A stretch of DNA of 62,739 nucleotides, the filler included, from Globobulimina sp. (taxonomy: Eukaryota): assembly GCA_003354225.1 (NCBI GenBank). It is 11 parts of 11 records of this genome, joined end to end, with 100 filler letters (N's around TTAATTAATTAA, not from the genome) between each part and the next. Parts side by side here need not be neighbours in the genome. Positions count along the whole stretch, not along the records: positions 22,892 to 28,509 come from PIVH01000489.1; positions 28,610 to 34,220 come from PIVH01000490.1; positions 34,321 to 39,929 come from PIVH01000491.1; 8 more parts are not named here. The stretch is one strand, 5' to 3'. Below the pieces are notes generated by a model. It did not search any database. It had not been told where the DNA came from and worked only from the letters and a program-made list of their open reading frames with translations. Positions 22,892 to 36,676 of the stretch are shown here, one piece after another (position 1 is the stretch's first letter; each line of letters begins with the position of its first letter). Both the position numbers and the translations under genes were made by a program.

Positions 22892-25800
22892 ATCATATTC
22901 TCCTTGAATTCATTCCACCGCAAAGACACAGAGCGCGCAATATCAAAATTAAATTGTACAATATTTGCATTATATGACAAATGCGGCACAAAAAACTGTT
23001 GTTTCCACGTAAATAACTTTTTGCAAATATTATAAAACTGCATATATGGTTTAATAAATTCAAATGAATCGCCATTTGAAGCATTTTTATCATAATTCTG
23101 CATAACTGTAATAATATCATTTATTGATTTTGTTGGCAAACCTTTTAATATAAATTGCAAAGCGCGAATATTATCATCTTTTTTCAATATATTCTTATTA
23201 TTCAAATTAAAATGAAAATATAATAATTGTATCGATGATTCGAACTCATGTAATAAATATTGATTTTCTTTCAATAAGAAATCTAAAAATAAATCTTTGT
23301 GAATAACTGCCGTATTATCAATTTTATTGTGCAACAATGATAATGATTGTAATTTTAACGAAATAGTTAATCGATATTCGCGAAATGTGCCATCAAATAT
23401 ATTGTCTAACAAAACATTGATACATTTAAATGGTATAAACCCATCGTTTAATAATAACGATTTTGATTCGGTTAAAACTTTTCGTGCTTTCAAATAAAAT
23501 GATAAATCATTTAAAGACAAATCCTCCTCCAAGAAATTTTTAAATGTCACAATCTCTTTATATTCGTCTTTATCTTTATCGCCATCGCCATCTTTATGTT
23601 TGATATCAATGTTCGAATGGTGCTGCACTGCGTTGTGGATATCCCAACACATGGCATCCACTAAGTTTTTAATACCAAATCTCGACGGAATATATTCGTG
23701 ATAAATAAACTCTGGCAGCGGTAATATGGCACGGTTCTCACGAATACAATTCTTATCTGATTTATATTTGCTGTCAAATATTTCATTTATGGTTTTTAAT
23801 AACCACCGCTTCGATTTGACACTCCTTTTTGTATGCTGTCCTTTTGTAATTGCGATAAAACGCGATTTTGTCATTTTCCATTTCTTCTCCACTTTGTGCT
23901 TCGCTTTCGGTCCTTTTACTTTTGGCTTATTGACCATTAACGGCTTATGCTGCAATGTATGCGTTTGGTGTCCTTGGTGTTGTCCAGCTGATTTGCTATA
24001 TTTCTTATTTGAGTCTCTATCCGTCTGACTATTTGTATTTGTATTCATGTTATTATTCCTCCACATTTCCAACTCTTTGCGTAATTTCTTAATCTCTTTT
24101 TGCAAATCTTCCACTATGTCACTACCGTCATGGTTGGCAATATATGCTCTTCGTGATTGGGATTGTGACTGTGATGATGATTTTGGATGATATGAATTCG
24201 AACTACTTCTCTCTGTCTCTGACTTGTATGATTTAACAGTATTACTTCTCTCTGTTCTCTCCGTGGTATTATGGCTTTTGCTGCGTTCTGTTCTATTTCC
24301 AGACGTCATTGCTGAGGATCTGTTTGTTCTCAATGTAGACGACACCGATCGTGCTGTTGTCTTATTTGATGCAGATGTACACTCTTTGCCGTTGCTCGTA
24401 TTCTGATTACATTCTGACTCTGTTTCATTGCTATTTACATTTACTTCTTTTGCTGACATAGGGTCAGACGATGAGGACTCTGCAGCATAAATATTATTTG
24501 TTTTCAATTCTGTAATCTCTGTATTCAATGACTTGACATTTTTATTTAATTTCTTGTTGCTTTTCTCCAAATGAATTATTCTATCCCTTAATTGAGCCAC
24601 TTTTTTCTCCGCATCGTCCCTGCTTTTGATCATATCCGCGATGGCTTTCTGTTGCTTGGAAGACATAATCGATCCTCGGCGTGCTCTCGAATGCGAACTT
24701 TCCGATTTATGGCTACGCGATGTGGTCTTTCCAGTGGTTGGCAGCGAGGGATATCGATCACTTTTATTTTCAATATTGTGTTCCTTCATACTTTTTAAAT
24801 TCTCACTGATCATATCATCGTCTTCTTCGTCATCTTCCTCTGCAAATATATGCAATGTCTCACACAGTTCCTTTGCTTGTCGTAGTTCAATCATTTCCTT
24901 TTTCATTTGTCGCAGTTCGACTGCTTTTAATGATAATGTCGATTCACAGGACTGATTTGATTTTCTTAATCGCATAATTTGCGATTTTAGATTTTCAATT
25001 TCTTTCTGGAATTCTTGTTCGCTCTCATTATTATTGATATTATTACTCGATATCTCCGCGGTTTTTGTATCCGTTTTATTACTGATTTCATCTGCATTGT
25101 TTGATATTTTTTGTGTTGGAGACTGTTTGGATGAGCGCCTGCTTCCTTGTTCCAACTCTTTTAGTGTACGTTTATTTTGCCTCAATTCTCTCTTTAACTC
25201 TTCATTTTCATTCATATATTCTTTTAATATCGATTTTGCAGAATCACTTCCGTCACTATTTATGTTTTCAAATTGTTGCATTTGTTTCTTACTTTGAACC
25301 AATTCTTCTTTTAAATCCGTAATTTCATTGTTTGATATTCTTATTTTCTCTCTTAATTCTTCCACCAATTCACCATCCATTTGTTTATTGTCATTCTCAT
25401 TATTTTTATTCGATGTTTTGTGTTTCTGTAATTGTTGAATTTGTTGATACGTTTCATTCAATTTCAAAGTAGTATCTTTTAATTGATTTTTCAAAATAAT
25501 CAATTCTGAGTCTTTCTCATTCATCTCATCCTTCAACAAAGTATTATTAATTTGTAATTCTTCAATATTCTCCGTGTGAGTATCAAATCTATTTTTCGTT
25601 GACATATTTCCAGATTTATATTCCTTAATTTGTTCATTTGCGATCATTAATTTCGTCTCTAATTCTTCGATCTGTACATATAAACTGCCATTATCTCCAT
25701 CATTCTCCTGATCACCATCCAATTCTGTATCAGTCAATGAGTTCATCCCCAAATCCATTTTTCTTTTCGCTCTCTGCATTTTACGCAATCGGTGGCATTT

Positions 25801-27630
25801 CATTCTTTTCAATGTCTGATATCTTATTCGCAAATGCATTAAATTCGTTTTTGATTTTTCTAATTCATTATCAAATGCAATACATTTGGACTTCCAATTT
25901 TTTATAATGGTTTGCGATTTCTTATTGTCTCGCATCAATTGCTCTATTTCCTCGTTTAATTGTTGAGCCGATGGCTTTTGTGGATCGATATATTTCCGTA
26001 AATGGTGTATTGCCGCGTTTTGCGGATCAATGGCGACCTCTTTTAATATCTCAATTTCCTTTTCGCATTCTACAATCCGTTGATGTGAGTCTTGCAACTT
26101 TTTATTATATCCTTCAATCAGACTCATATTTGGAGGTTTATATTGTTCCTGCAATTTCAATCTCGCTTCTTTCTTTTTCTCTGGTTCCGGCGGCGTCCAT
26201 TCCACACATAAAACATTCTCCATTTCATCCAAACTCTCCTCCAATTTACATATTTTAAGTTCGACTGCTTTTGATAATGTATACAGTTCCGGCTCATCGT
26301 CGTTAAATTGAATATTTTCAATGTCATTGGCAAATACTGCATCGATGATGGAGGTTGTTTTATTTTCGTTGTTATTCTCATTGATCAATGTCATGCGTCG
26401 ACCGTGCGTGTTTAATATGGCAGAGGCGGCTTGCGATGCAGTCTCGAAACGCATAATAAATGATTGCCCGCAAAGTGTTACATTTTGAACTGTACCGAAC
26501 CTGTTATACAATCGCAACAAATGCTGTTTACTAAACTTACTCCGTATCGATATATATTTGGTAGGATATTCATTTGCAAAATAGACTGTTAAATGTGTTT
26601 CATTTATTTTCCTATTTTGTAATAATTCAAGGATAAACTGTGCGGATTCGATCTTATCAAATTCAATAAAACTGGCATATGGCAGCAAATGTTTATTCGC
26701 ATCAATATTAAATATGCATTGCGGGAATAAAGGTGAAATACGAATAAATTTTATGGTACCAAACCATGATTTGATTTTGTCCATTTTTATTTGGGCATTC
26801 AATCCAGTAATTAATATAACATTATTCTCCTGATTTTGTGTAAATAATTGCTTAATGTCATAGCCTTTAAAACTCGCCAAATGTTTGCTTTTTGTTTGCA
26901 AATCGTTTCTCAAATTATTGATTTGTTGGATTAATTCTTGTTCTTTTTGTTTGTAATTTAAATGAGTAATATGTGATTTATATTCTTTGTCATGTAATGC
27001 TAACTTGCTTTGGGTAGCAATTTTTTGCGCTAATTGTAATTGCTGCGTATGTTTATTTTGTGAGGTATTAAATGTCGAGATTTGATGTTGAATATTGTCA
27101 AATTTTTGTTTCATTGTTTCCAATTCGTCGTTTAATTGGAGCTTTGAAGTCGATAAAGTTTTGTTTGATTTCGTGATTGCATCGATTCGATTTCGTTCAA
27201 ATCCTAATGCGCTCGAAACGTTTTCTATAATATCGTTATTTCGAGCAATTAATGTCGACAATAAACGAGCACCGTCTTTGTTTTTGCAATTGTGTGAGAA
27301 TTCGAACCCTATTTTACAACATAACTCTTGCAGAATAACACGATTATAATCATATTCTTGCAGTAATTGTAAATGTTTGTTCCACGATAGAGATAAGGAG
27401 CGGTTATTAATTACGTTATCGATACGGTTTGTGCTGTAACTTTTATTCAGACGTTTTTTGGCTTTATAATTTACTAATTTTTGTAGTTTCAATACTTGAT
27501 GGAATTGCTTTTTCTTATTGATTGCGGGTAATATGGATGCTGTGCTGCGTGACTTGATCAAATAATTTCTAGTTTTCTCATTTTTTAGTTTCTTTTTGTT
27601 TATTAGTTCTTGTAAATCTTTAGATTTCAT
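22892..27630 (-). CDS. Large coiled-coil protein with two RRM-like domains; C-terminal region resembles TSNAXIP1-like ciliary proteins; 3'-truncated
   Basis: Intronless ORF over 1570 aa. RRM-like ILITGL...FIEFDKIESA and RFGTVQNV...FIMRFETASQA; long heptad regions; WLLKTINEIFDSKYKSD...LPEFIY...RFGIKNLVD motif. The TSNAXIP1 resemblance is from memory. Confidence 0.65.
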
Positions 27631-27955
27631 TGTGTTTTATATACACTAATTTTTCATTTATTAAATGACGACATTTGTTTTCATAATCACTTATCACTTC
27701 GTTTAATTCAATTGAATTAGGAATAGAGATCGCACTCTATTCAGGGATTTCAGTCTATTGACATTTTCCATGACTGACTTTCCAAAAACAATTTCGCTAG
27801 TAGTGATCCAGTGATGGATCCTTGTTAAACCTCACGGGGATGTTCCAGAAATCCGTGAGCCTGGAATCAGACCTGCGGCCTGATGGAATTTTGTACCACT
27901 ACTACTAGTAGCTACACAAGAAAGTTTGACATAACCAAACCACACCAGACATCCG

Positions 27956-28465
27956 ATGTTATTTTTATTAATATTAATAGTGATTGTTTGTATCGCAAAT
28001 TCGCAAACAGAATTATTTTATGAAAACGCTGAAAATTTTACTGATTGGATATTTGACCCCGACGCCGACGGAACAGCTGTGGCTTATTATGCGCCTGTGA
28101 ATTATGCAGATTTGTGTTATGACGAAGCTTGTTATGGTATTATTGAATATGATTTTGATTCAGTCACAACAACACCAGATTTCTTATCAAAATTAGGATT
28201 AATATCAACAATTGGATACACAGATATTACTATCAATTATGCATTAAAAAATGCTGCCGTTAATGTTACGATCAGAGGTGACTTAATAAAGTCAAACACA
28301 ACCATTGCAAATGGAGAGTGTGGGAGTAGTTATACCGTCGAAGGAGAAACATTTTCAACACTTGATTCAGACATTTCTGTCGCTGATATGACCCTCAACG
28401 AATGGCGCAATTCACCGATGCTAATAATTACAGATCTACCAGCCACAGCATACATTACTGTCTAA
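27956..28465 (+). CDS. Putative secreted hypothetical protein (may continue past the contig end)
   Basis: Signal peptide MLFLLILIVIVCIANS; acidic, Thr-rich body. Confidence 0.55.
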   Translation: MLFLLILIVIVCIANSQTELFYENAENFTDWIFDPDADGTAVAYYAPVNYADLCYDEACYGIIEYDFDSVTTTPDFLSKLGLISTIGYTDITINYALKNAAVNVTIRGDLIKSNTTIANGECGSSYTVEGETFSTLDSDISVADMTLNEWRNSPMLIITDLPATAYITV

Positions 28466-29123
28466 TCGATGAAATTAGAGTATGTAGCACATTACAACAT
28501 CAACAACTGNNNNNNNNNNNNNNNNNNNNNNNNNNNNNNNNNNNNNNNNNNNNTTAATTAATTAANNNNNNNNNNNNNNNNNNNNNNNNNNNNNNNNNNN
28601 NNNNNNNNNTAGTTTTTCACACTTACTTATCGACATCATTTAGTTTGCTACAGCAAAAATGAAAAAAAATGTATTCTGGCCATATTAACGTATCGATATT
28701 GATCGGATATTATCATGGGGTTTAAGCTCGTTGCTGGCAGGCAAATTAATTGAATAAATTGATGTTTATGGCATCGAATGTGTATTTATATATGGATTGT
28801 TTGGTATATTTTGTTTGGTATATTTTGGGATATAAACAATTATCTACAAAAGAAGTGGACCATGACACATGAAGCAAAATATGAGTTTTGTCAAACATTT
28901 ACATTGTTGATGTCAATAAGAAATGATTCTCAATTCATGTTTTGTTTAATATTAATGTTGGTTAATATTGGAATGCAATGTTTATCATTGAACGAATTTT
29001 GTTCATACAAATGGACCAAGAATTTGGGTGTGATATAAGTCATTTATTCCGGCCTACAAAAAGGGTTTCGATCCAATAAAAGAGATTTCCAATTAATTAT
29101 TTGCCAAATATGTGCCATACAAA

Positions 29124-31680
29124 TTACAAAAACAAATATGCGCCATACACTCCTGTTGACAATGAAGGAGCATATTGTATCGGCATCGGCATCTCCAATG
29201 GCAATGGCAATGGCAACTGATTAGTTTCCGCATTCATTGCTTTTAAGACATACGATCCGTAAATGCCGGAGCAATATGATGCTTTATAAGACGCAGAAGT
29301 TTGATTTCTTAGTTCTTGGATTGCTATCCGATGTTCTCTTTCTTTTTGGATATTTTTAAATTCCTCGCCATCCTCATCAATTATTACAGATTCCCTCCTT
29401 CTTTGTTTGTCCATTTCCGGTGTCAAATGTTCTATATTTATATCAGTGGTCGGTGCATCTCTCCTCATTCGTGGATGCATTTTACTGTCATCCACAAGTT
29501 CTAACTCTTTTAATTGATATTCCGGCGGTTCACTTACTTCCAAATCATATTCCTTTTGCTCGAGCTCAACATCACCATTTTCTATATTTTTTTCTTTTGT
29601 GTTAAAACCTATTATTTGCCTCTTTGTTGCTGCATTTCTTGAGGGTTTGCCAGGCATTGCGCCGGTAACACCTCTTGGAATCTTATTTTTCTTTTGATTC
29701 ATTTTGGATGCACTGCATAATGCTTTCTTATTGACATTGAATCCTAATGATGTTTCAGTTTTCTTTATATATTGTTTGCTGTCGACATACTGCTAAATGT
29801 GCTAATATAATATTACTTGATTACTGAAGTAAAACCTTTGAGCTTATAATAATTTGTTTATACTTTACATTTCAAGTACGCGAAACATCAGTAAGCAACG
29901 CTTGAAACACAAGAATCCGATTATTATAGGTCCATCCAAACAGAGTTCCTTTATTGTTTGCTATGAACAAATACAACAACCGAATCCGTAACAAGTTGGG
30001 ACAAAACAATTCACGCAATTGCTTGTTAAACCTCCTCCATTCCGGCGCATATTTGAATATATTAAACCATTTTGGCACAATCACCAATTTGAACTTGCAC
30101 TTTGCCACTAATTTGGGTAAAGATATCCAATATTTCATAATATCCCTACTCCCATTCCCTGCAAATCCTAACCTATCAAACGATCGATGCACAATTAATT
30201 CCATTTCGACCCTACTCGTTCCCGCACGGAGTTTATCCAAATGTTTAATAAATGTTTCATACGAAATCTGTAATTCTGTCGTGTCTTTCATATAATATCC
30301 ATATGCTAATTCCAACGCAGTTTGCAAAGCCGTACCATTTGCTTTTTTTCTTTCTGCATCCAACGCACTTTTCATTCTCTGAAGTGTGAGTTTACTTAAT
30401 CTCCGATTCCGTTTTTCTTCCATTTCCACCTCCAAATTATCTTCAAAAATGTCCCCTTGCTTCATACCATATGTTGCCTTCATATATTCTGCGATTTGCC
30501 GATTATACAAATGTCGTTTCCTCAAATATTGGAAGCCTGCATTTTTTGGATTAACATATTGATATTTCTTCAAAATCGTAGGGTTTTCAAAATAATATTT
30601 ATTCTTTTCTTTAAACGCATTGATTCGCAGCAACTCTCCGGCATAATATTTATGTGGTTCGTGAATCTCTAATTCGCGCAATTCATTGTCTAAATTTACA
30701 ATATTGCAAAAATTATGCATCCACATTTTCATTTGAACCTCTTGGTGCTGCAATATTTTATCTTTGGCGGTCAACTGGAACGGCTTAATTGGCGGTAGAT
30801 TTTGAATAGATTCGCCTTGCTCGATCATCTCCAGTCTTTTTATAATTAATTGTTCGTTGTGAAGTTGTTGGAATGTTGGAGTTGGTGCTGGTAATAATTT
30901 ATGTGATCCCCATTCAAAATTGTTATGCCTGAATAGTCTCACCGCATTCACTGCGTTCAAGTATAAATATAACACGATTTTCAAATGCAAGCAATTGCCG
31001 CCATTCACATATTGAATGAAAGGTTTTCTTTCAAATAAATGTTTCTGTAATAAATTCTTTATGTTTATGCTGTTTATTCTGTACAATGTGTTTTTATTTG
31101 TAAAATCATTCAAATCATAAACAGCAAACAGCAACAACGGACTGTTAAACCCTTCGCGGAATGAGCGGGCATTTGTGCTGTAATTGTCATGCGACCGTCG
31201 GCCTCCTCTGCCTCTGCCACTGTTTCTGGATCGTGTGCGAGGATCAGGTTTGCGGTCAAAATAAGAATATAATTTCCGATAATGATGCAGTAATTTTTGA
31301 ATTCGATCAACCGCATCTTTTTCAAATAATTTCCAGCGATATGAACTTGTGGGAGAGGATGGAATTATTTTGCCCCAATTTCGAAGGTCAGTGGAGAACA
31401 AATAATTTAATGAATATCCTGAACAATAGGAAAATAATTCGCTGCCAATAATATCTATTAAGCGATTGAAATAATATGAGGTTGAATGTGGATCATCGTA
31501 TATAATCTTTTTCTGTTTGTCTGCTTCCTTTTTCTTTTTCTTTTTCTTTTTTTTCTTCTTTCGTTTGCCGTTTGGTTTTTGTAGGATCTTTAAAGATTTA
31601 TCTCTCGCTGGAACAAGATATTCAGTGCCAAAATATATGATGCCGCTTTCATCAACATCATAGGTAGCAGATTGCGACAT
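29124..31680 (-). CDS. Multi-exon hypothetical protein (exons approximated by ORFs 29872-31680 and 29124-29745)
   Basis: Two long same-strand ORFs separated by about 130 bp containing GT/AG sites. No family recognised; exon structure and 3' end uncertain. Confidence 0.5.
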
Positions 31681-31854
31681 TGATGGAACTGGAACAACAA
31701 AAAATGTTACAAAGGGCACAGTTTTAAGTTTTTTTGTTTTGAGATTGAAAGTACAAAAAAACTTTTGATATGCACCGGAATTATTAAATTAAATAAAATC
31801 AAATCACAAATTAAACGCTAAAAATCGAACATTAGTTAACAATTAATTTCATAT

Positions 31855-32320
31855 TTAATTGGATTTCCATACTAAAACAGATAAATGACAAATTTGGACA
31901 TTGATATATTTTTTGGTTGCATGTGTCACCTTATTTGTAATTATAACAGTTGTAATTATGAAACAATATATGTATATTTAACATACATCACTACCAAAAT
32001 GTCGACCCACAATTACATTCCAAATAGGTCTATGTAGGTTCAGTTAAAGATAAAATATATTGTTCATATGGCATATGCTGTAAATCTTAAGTGTTAACCC
32101 ATGCGTATCGTTAAATGCCTTTCTCACTGCATTGGCCATTTTCTTTTCTGATGTAGAATCTTTGAATGCTGTTTCAACGGTTTGACACGAAAACTCACTC
32201 ATTTCATCTGTCTGTTTGTTCAATCCATAAATCAAGAAATAGCAAATCAAGACATCTAAATACCATGTCCGCATTCAAAATTTTAGCAGTTGTATCTCTG
32301 ACTTTCTTTTCATTGCTCAT
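31855..32320 (-). CDS. Dynein light chain, LC8 family, 4 exons
   Basis: Spliced product MSNEKKVRDTTAKILNADM|TDEMSEF...EKKMANAVRKAFNDTHG|PIWNVIVGRHFGSD|VTHATKKYINVQICHLSVLVWKSN. Missed as a whole by the ORF track. Confidence 0.88.
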
Positions 32321-32530
32321 ACTAAATGACTACTTTTTTTCTTCAACTGAAAGGATAAAAGAGATGGTGAGTGAACTGAAGAAAGTCTATAAAAAACTGC
32401 GAATGTTTTTCTTTAATCAAAAGCGACCATCACCAAGCTGAGAATCAGATAATATCCAATCAGTTTGAAGCAACATACCAAAAGTAGATAAATCGAAACC
32501 AAACCACTAACATAGCTCTATAAGACTATA

Positions 32531-34220
32531 ATGAATAGAAGTCAATCCTCATCGTCCAACACCCCCAAAAATAGAAAGAATAAATCGTCCAAGAGTCGTA
32601 AACGTAAGAACCAGAAATTCTGTGTTGGTGACAAATTGTTAGTGTCCTATATCGATCAAGAATTGCAGGGCGTGTTACATTTCCATGGTCCCGTCAACGA
32701 TGGCAAGAAAGGCTTAGTCCCTCTGTATGGCATAGAACTGGGCCAAGGCGAAGGCGAATCGGACGGCACCTACAACCAATCTGAACGCGTCTATTTCAGC
32801 AGCTCCTCCACCAAATCCGCAGTCTTCTTAAAGCAACGCTACATATTACAAGTTTTAACCCCTATAAACGGCAAACGACTCTGCGTCAACGATCGCGTAC
32901 TCGTCAAAGGTCGCGGCAACGGCGTGATTAAATTCATCGGGCCCACCTACTTCGGGCCGCATTTGTGGTATGGCATCCATTTAGATTCGAAATTGGGCCG
33001 TTCGGACGGCATGGTCCAATCCTACCGATACTTTGCCTGTCCCGTAAAGCACGGCGTCTTTGTCCGAGAGGAAAAGTTGACTCCTTTAGGTATGCCCTAC
33101 ACAGCACATCACTGAGCTGCTTTGCGCAAAATCGCAAATCTATGTGCTTTGTGCCGCCATTCTAGATAAACACGACCGACCTATCAATTTATTAAGCAAA
33201 TATATACGGAAAACGCGGCAAGAAATGGCGACGGACCTCTTTGAGGCCTGCGCCAAGGGCGACATTAAGGTCGTGCGACAGATCTTGACTGTGGATAAGA
33301 CGGTGGCGGCCCACGCCCGCGACAACAACACCGACGCCACCGCCCTGATGACGGCCTGCTATCATGGCTATTACACGGTGGCTCAGGAATTATTGCAAAC
33401 GCGCAAGATCTCCATCAATGAGCAAAACTATCACGGCATGACTGCGTTGCACATGGCTGCGCAAGCCGGCTATCACAAAATCGTCGAGTTGTTGATCAAA
33501 TACGGCATTGAGATTGACGCCACCACAGAGGACGGGACCACTGCCTTGTTCAATGCGGTGGAAAAGGGACACCTCAAAGTCGTGCAGACATTGTTGGACA
33601 ACAACGCCGAAGCAAACTTATGTATGTTCTATTTCTATGCAACTCAAACTGTTTTGCGTTTGGCCTCGCGTTCTACGCAAAATCGCACCCTCTCAACCCA
33701 CCCAATATAGCGTCGCGCGACAACGAGTCGCCGCTAATCCAAGCCTGCCATCGCGGACACGACGAGATTGTGTCGTTATTGTTGAAAGCGTCCAACATCA
33801 AAATCAACCAAAAGCGCAAAACGGACGGCGCCACTTCGTTGTTCGTGGCGTGCCGAGAAGGCGCCACCTTGTGTGTCACGCATTTATTGTCCAACAACTT
33901 GTTGTTCATCAACGAGAGCAAAACGAATGGGCGCTCCCCGCTGTTCATCGCTTCCTTCTTCGGACACAACAGCATCGTGGAAATGTTGATCGCGCACAGC
34001 AACAACATGAAGAACATCCGGATGAACCACGGCATTTTGGACGTGAACCAGTCGGACAGCAAAGTCTTCACTCCGCTGTTCGTGGCGGCGCAGGACGGAC
34101 ACACGCGGATCGTGACGTTGTTGTTGCAGAATGCGGCCGACGTGAACCAGGCGGAGCAGCGCGGCCATACTCCGCTGTGGATCACTGCGCTGCGCGGCCA
34201 CGTGGCGGTGGTTCGCGTGT
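32531..34220 (+). CDS. CAP-Gly (x2) plus ankyrin-repeat protein, 3'-truncated; introns about 33090-33164 and 33622-33710
   Basis: GVIKFIGPTYFGPHLWYGIHLDSKLGRSDGMVQSYRYFAC (CAP-Gly) followed by TALH/TPLF ankyrin repeats over three joinable ORFs. Confidence 0.9.
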
Positions 34221-34619
34221 NNNNNNNNNNNNNNNNNNNNNNNNNNNNNNNNNNNNNNNNNNNNTTAATTAATTAANNNNNNNNNNNNNNNNNNNNNNNN
34301 NNNNNNNNNNNNNNNNNNNNGTGAAATTACTGATAAATTTATATATTGTGTTCTTTTGCAATACGTTAAATTCAGAATGTAGATATTGCAATCTTGTATT
34401 TAAGTCTTGTGGGAGACGAAAATATACGCTTGGTTTTAGGTTATTGTTTGGGTTATCAATTGTGATTAATTGTGGTTTCAATTACCTGGTTTATTTGTAT
34501 GATTTGTGTTTTATGCTTGCTCAATTATTTTGGCAAGGTGCTAGGTATTAAGTAAGTGAAGTAAGTTGACAATTTTATTAAGTCGACAATTAAATGTTTG
34601 TTATATCACTCAAATTAAA

Positions 34620-36454
34620 TTAAAATAGACATTGATTATTCATATAAAAAGGATATTTATTCAATTCACGATATTTTAATGGTTTTTTAAGCCATTCAAC
34701 AAATTTTAAATATTCAACACGATCTCGTCCATAAAATTGATTTGCATTAAAGTCGAATTTAAAATTAGTATAATATTTGGGAGTAATTTCCCTAAATTTC
34801 AGCGAGAATAAATCACAATAATTGTTAAATTTTACCATATCATATCTCGATAAGGCATCTGGTAATGTATTAAATGCAGAAGAAACCCATTCTAATCTGC
34901 AAAATATTCGATATTCAATTAATAAAATACATAATTCATATACGAACATCATAAGTGTATATTTTGGTGACCATTTACGACACATTGCGTAGTAACAAGC
35001 AATGTTATCAATATATAATAATAATACTTTGCCTGTTAACGAATATTTATATGATTCAATCAATGATAAAACACAATGGGCTTCTTTTAAATTAATGTGT
35101 TTTGACATCATTTCATTTTTAAATTTATATTTCGCGCAAATATCATTCACAACAAAGCCTGCTCCAATTTTACAAGCATCAGTCGCTGCATATACATTAA
35201 TTGAAGGGGTATTAATTATAAATTGCATAGGCACCGACCTAATATATTCGGCATATTTTAACCAAAATTTAAAGTCATTCACAATCGATAAAGGTAACAC
35301 AATATACTCTGTTTTTTTTATGTTACCATTTCTAATGTTTTTATAAATATAATATATAGAATTGTATACTAAGGATTTTGTACATTTATTGAGCTGCGAC
35401 CAATGCATTATTTTACCACATAAAGATTCTAAGGCTTCACCTGAGACAACGCGATAATTAATAACTAAATGAATAAATTTACGTAATCGATTAAAGGCTT
35501 TATCAGGGATAGAAATTATATTTTTATCTAAATCCCATAACAACCCATAAAGCACTGCATTTGTACAATTATGTATTGATTTTTTATGAGAAATATCAAC
35601 ATTAAGTTCATTCATTAAATTATCGAATTCATTTTCAAGTATATCAACATCTTGTTTTGTGACACCGGCTAACACAAAATCGTCAATATGAACAAGTGTA
35701 TTGCCCATTAAATGTGGATATTTGCCTTTTAATTTGCAATTATTAAGGATCCAAATTAAGAGTGTTGCAAACCACTGGGAATTAGACGGTGCCGTCCTGA
35801 CACCATATGGCTGCTTTCTATCACGGAAACGAAGCCCGAATAATGAATATCCGATAAAGTCCGCATCCTTTTGAGGTAATGGGACTTGTCTGAAAAAATC
35901 GGATAAATCTCGCAATGCAAAATAATTCTTATTTATTAATAATTTAATATATTGGATCATATTTGGAAGTTCTCTCATTTTACAGCAATCCTTCCTGATC
36001 CATTGATTTATACTCGTTTTATTTTTATCGTGGTATGAACCATTACGTATTACTCTCACTTTTGTATAAAAACCGTTTCCGTCTTTCTTTGGAACACCAA
36101 ATATCATACAATAATACTTAGCGTCTTTATTAATTGGCTCAATTTGGCCATTTTTACATTCATCTGATAATTTATCAATAAATGCAATAACTTCATTTAC
36201 CGAATTACAAATATTTTTAATTTTTGTTGATAAATTTATGGGTTTTGAAGGTTTGCCATTTTTATCAATTTGGCCATCTGTTTTTAGAAACAATGGAAAT
36301 CCATTTTCAATATATTTGATTTCTAATTTGCTGTTTTCTTTTGATTTTAAATATCTTTTAAACGCTTTAATATTTAATTTATTTTTAAATTTTGATCCTT
36401 CTGAGTGTAATATTTGTAATTTTTTTACTTTTTTTGCGATTTCTGGGGATATTG
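34620..36454 (-). CDS. Reverse transcriptase + RNase H (DIRS-type), complete 3' end, no native ATG start
   Basis: RT motifs FGVPKKDG, SINQWI, RDLSDFFRQ, QPYGVRTAP, VHIDDFVL. RNase H motifs ATDAC, HINLKEA, YIDN, NTLPDALSR. Frame is open up to a CAG at 36457-36455. Confidence 0.92.
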
Positions 36455-36676
36455 CTGATTATGAAACTAATTAAGAAATGTTCTACAAATTTAAACCAAC
36501 ATCACAACGACAACAGGTATTATTTGTATACATATCACAAATGTAAACAATTAATACATAAACATATAACTCAAGTGTTATAAACTTAGATCAATAGCTG
36601 ACTAAGAATACGATTTAAATTCTAGTTTTATCAATAAATTAATTAAATAAAATGATGTATTTTTAATTTTAGTTAT

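Noticed and set aside
27797-27908. CACTA transposon ends (TAGTG / CACTA)
   Set aside because: The motifs face outward, the wrong orientation for a CACTA element.
28778-29038. 86-aa hydrophobic plus-strand ORF
   Set aside because: No recognisable family, and it probably overlaps downstream exons or introns of the minus-strand gene.
34620-36454. RT as a retron, group II intron, DGR or LINE/LTR polymerase
   Set aside because: It has a DIRS-type RNase H and a gag knuckle, with no integrase, protease, endonuclease or bacterial context.
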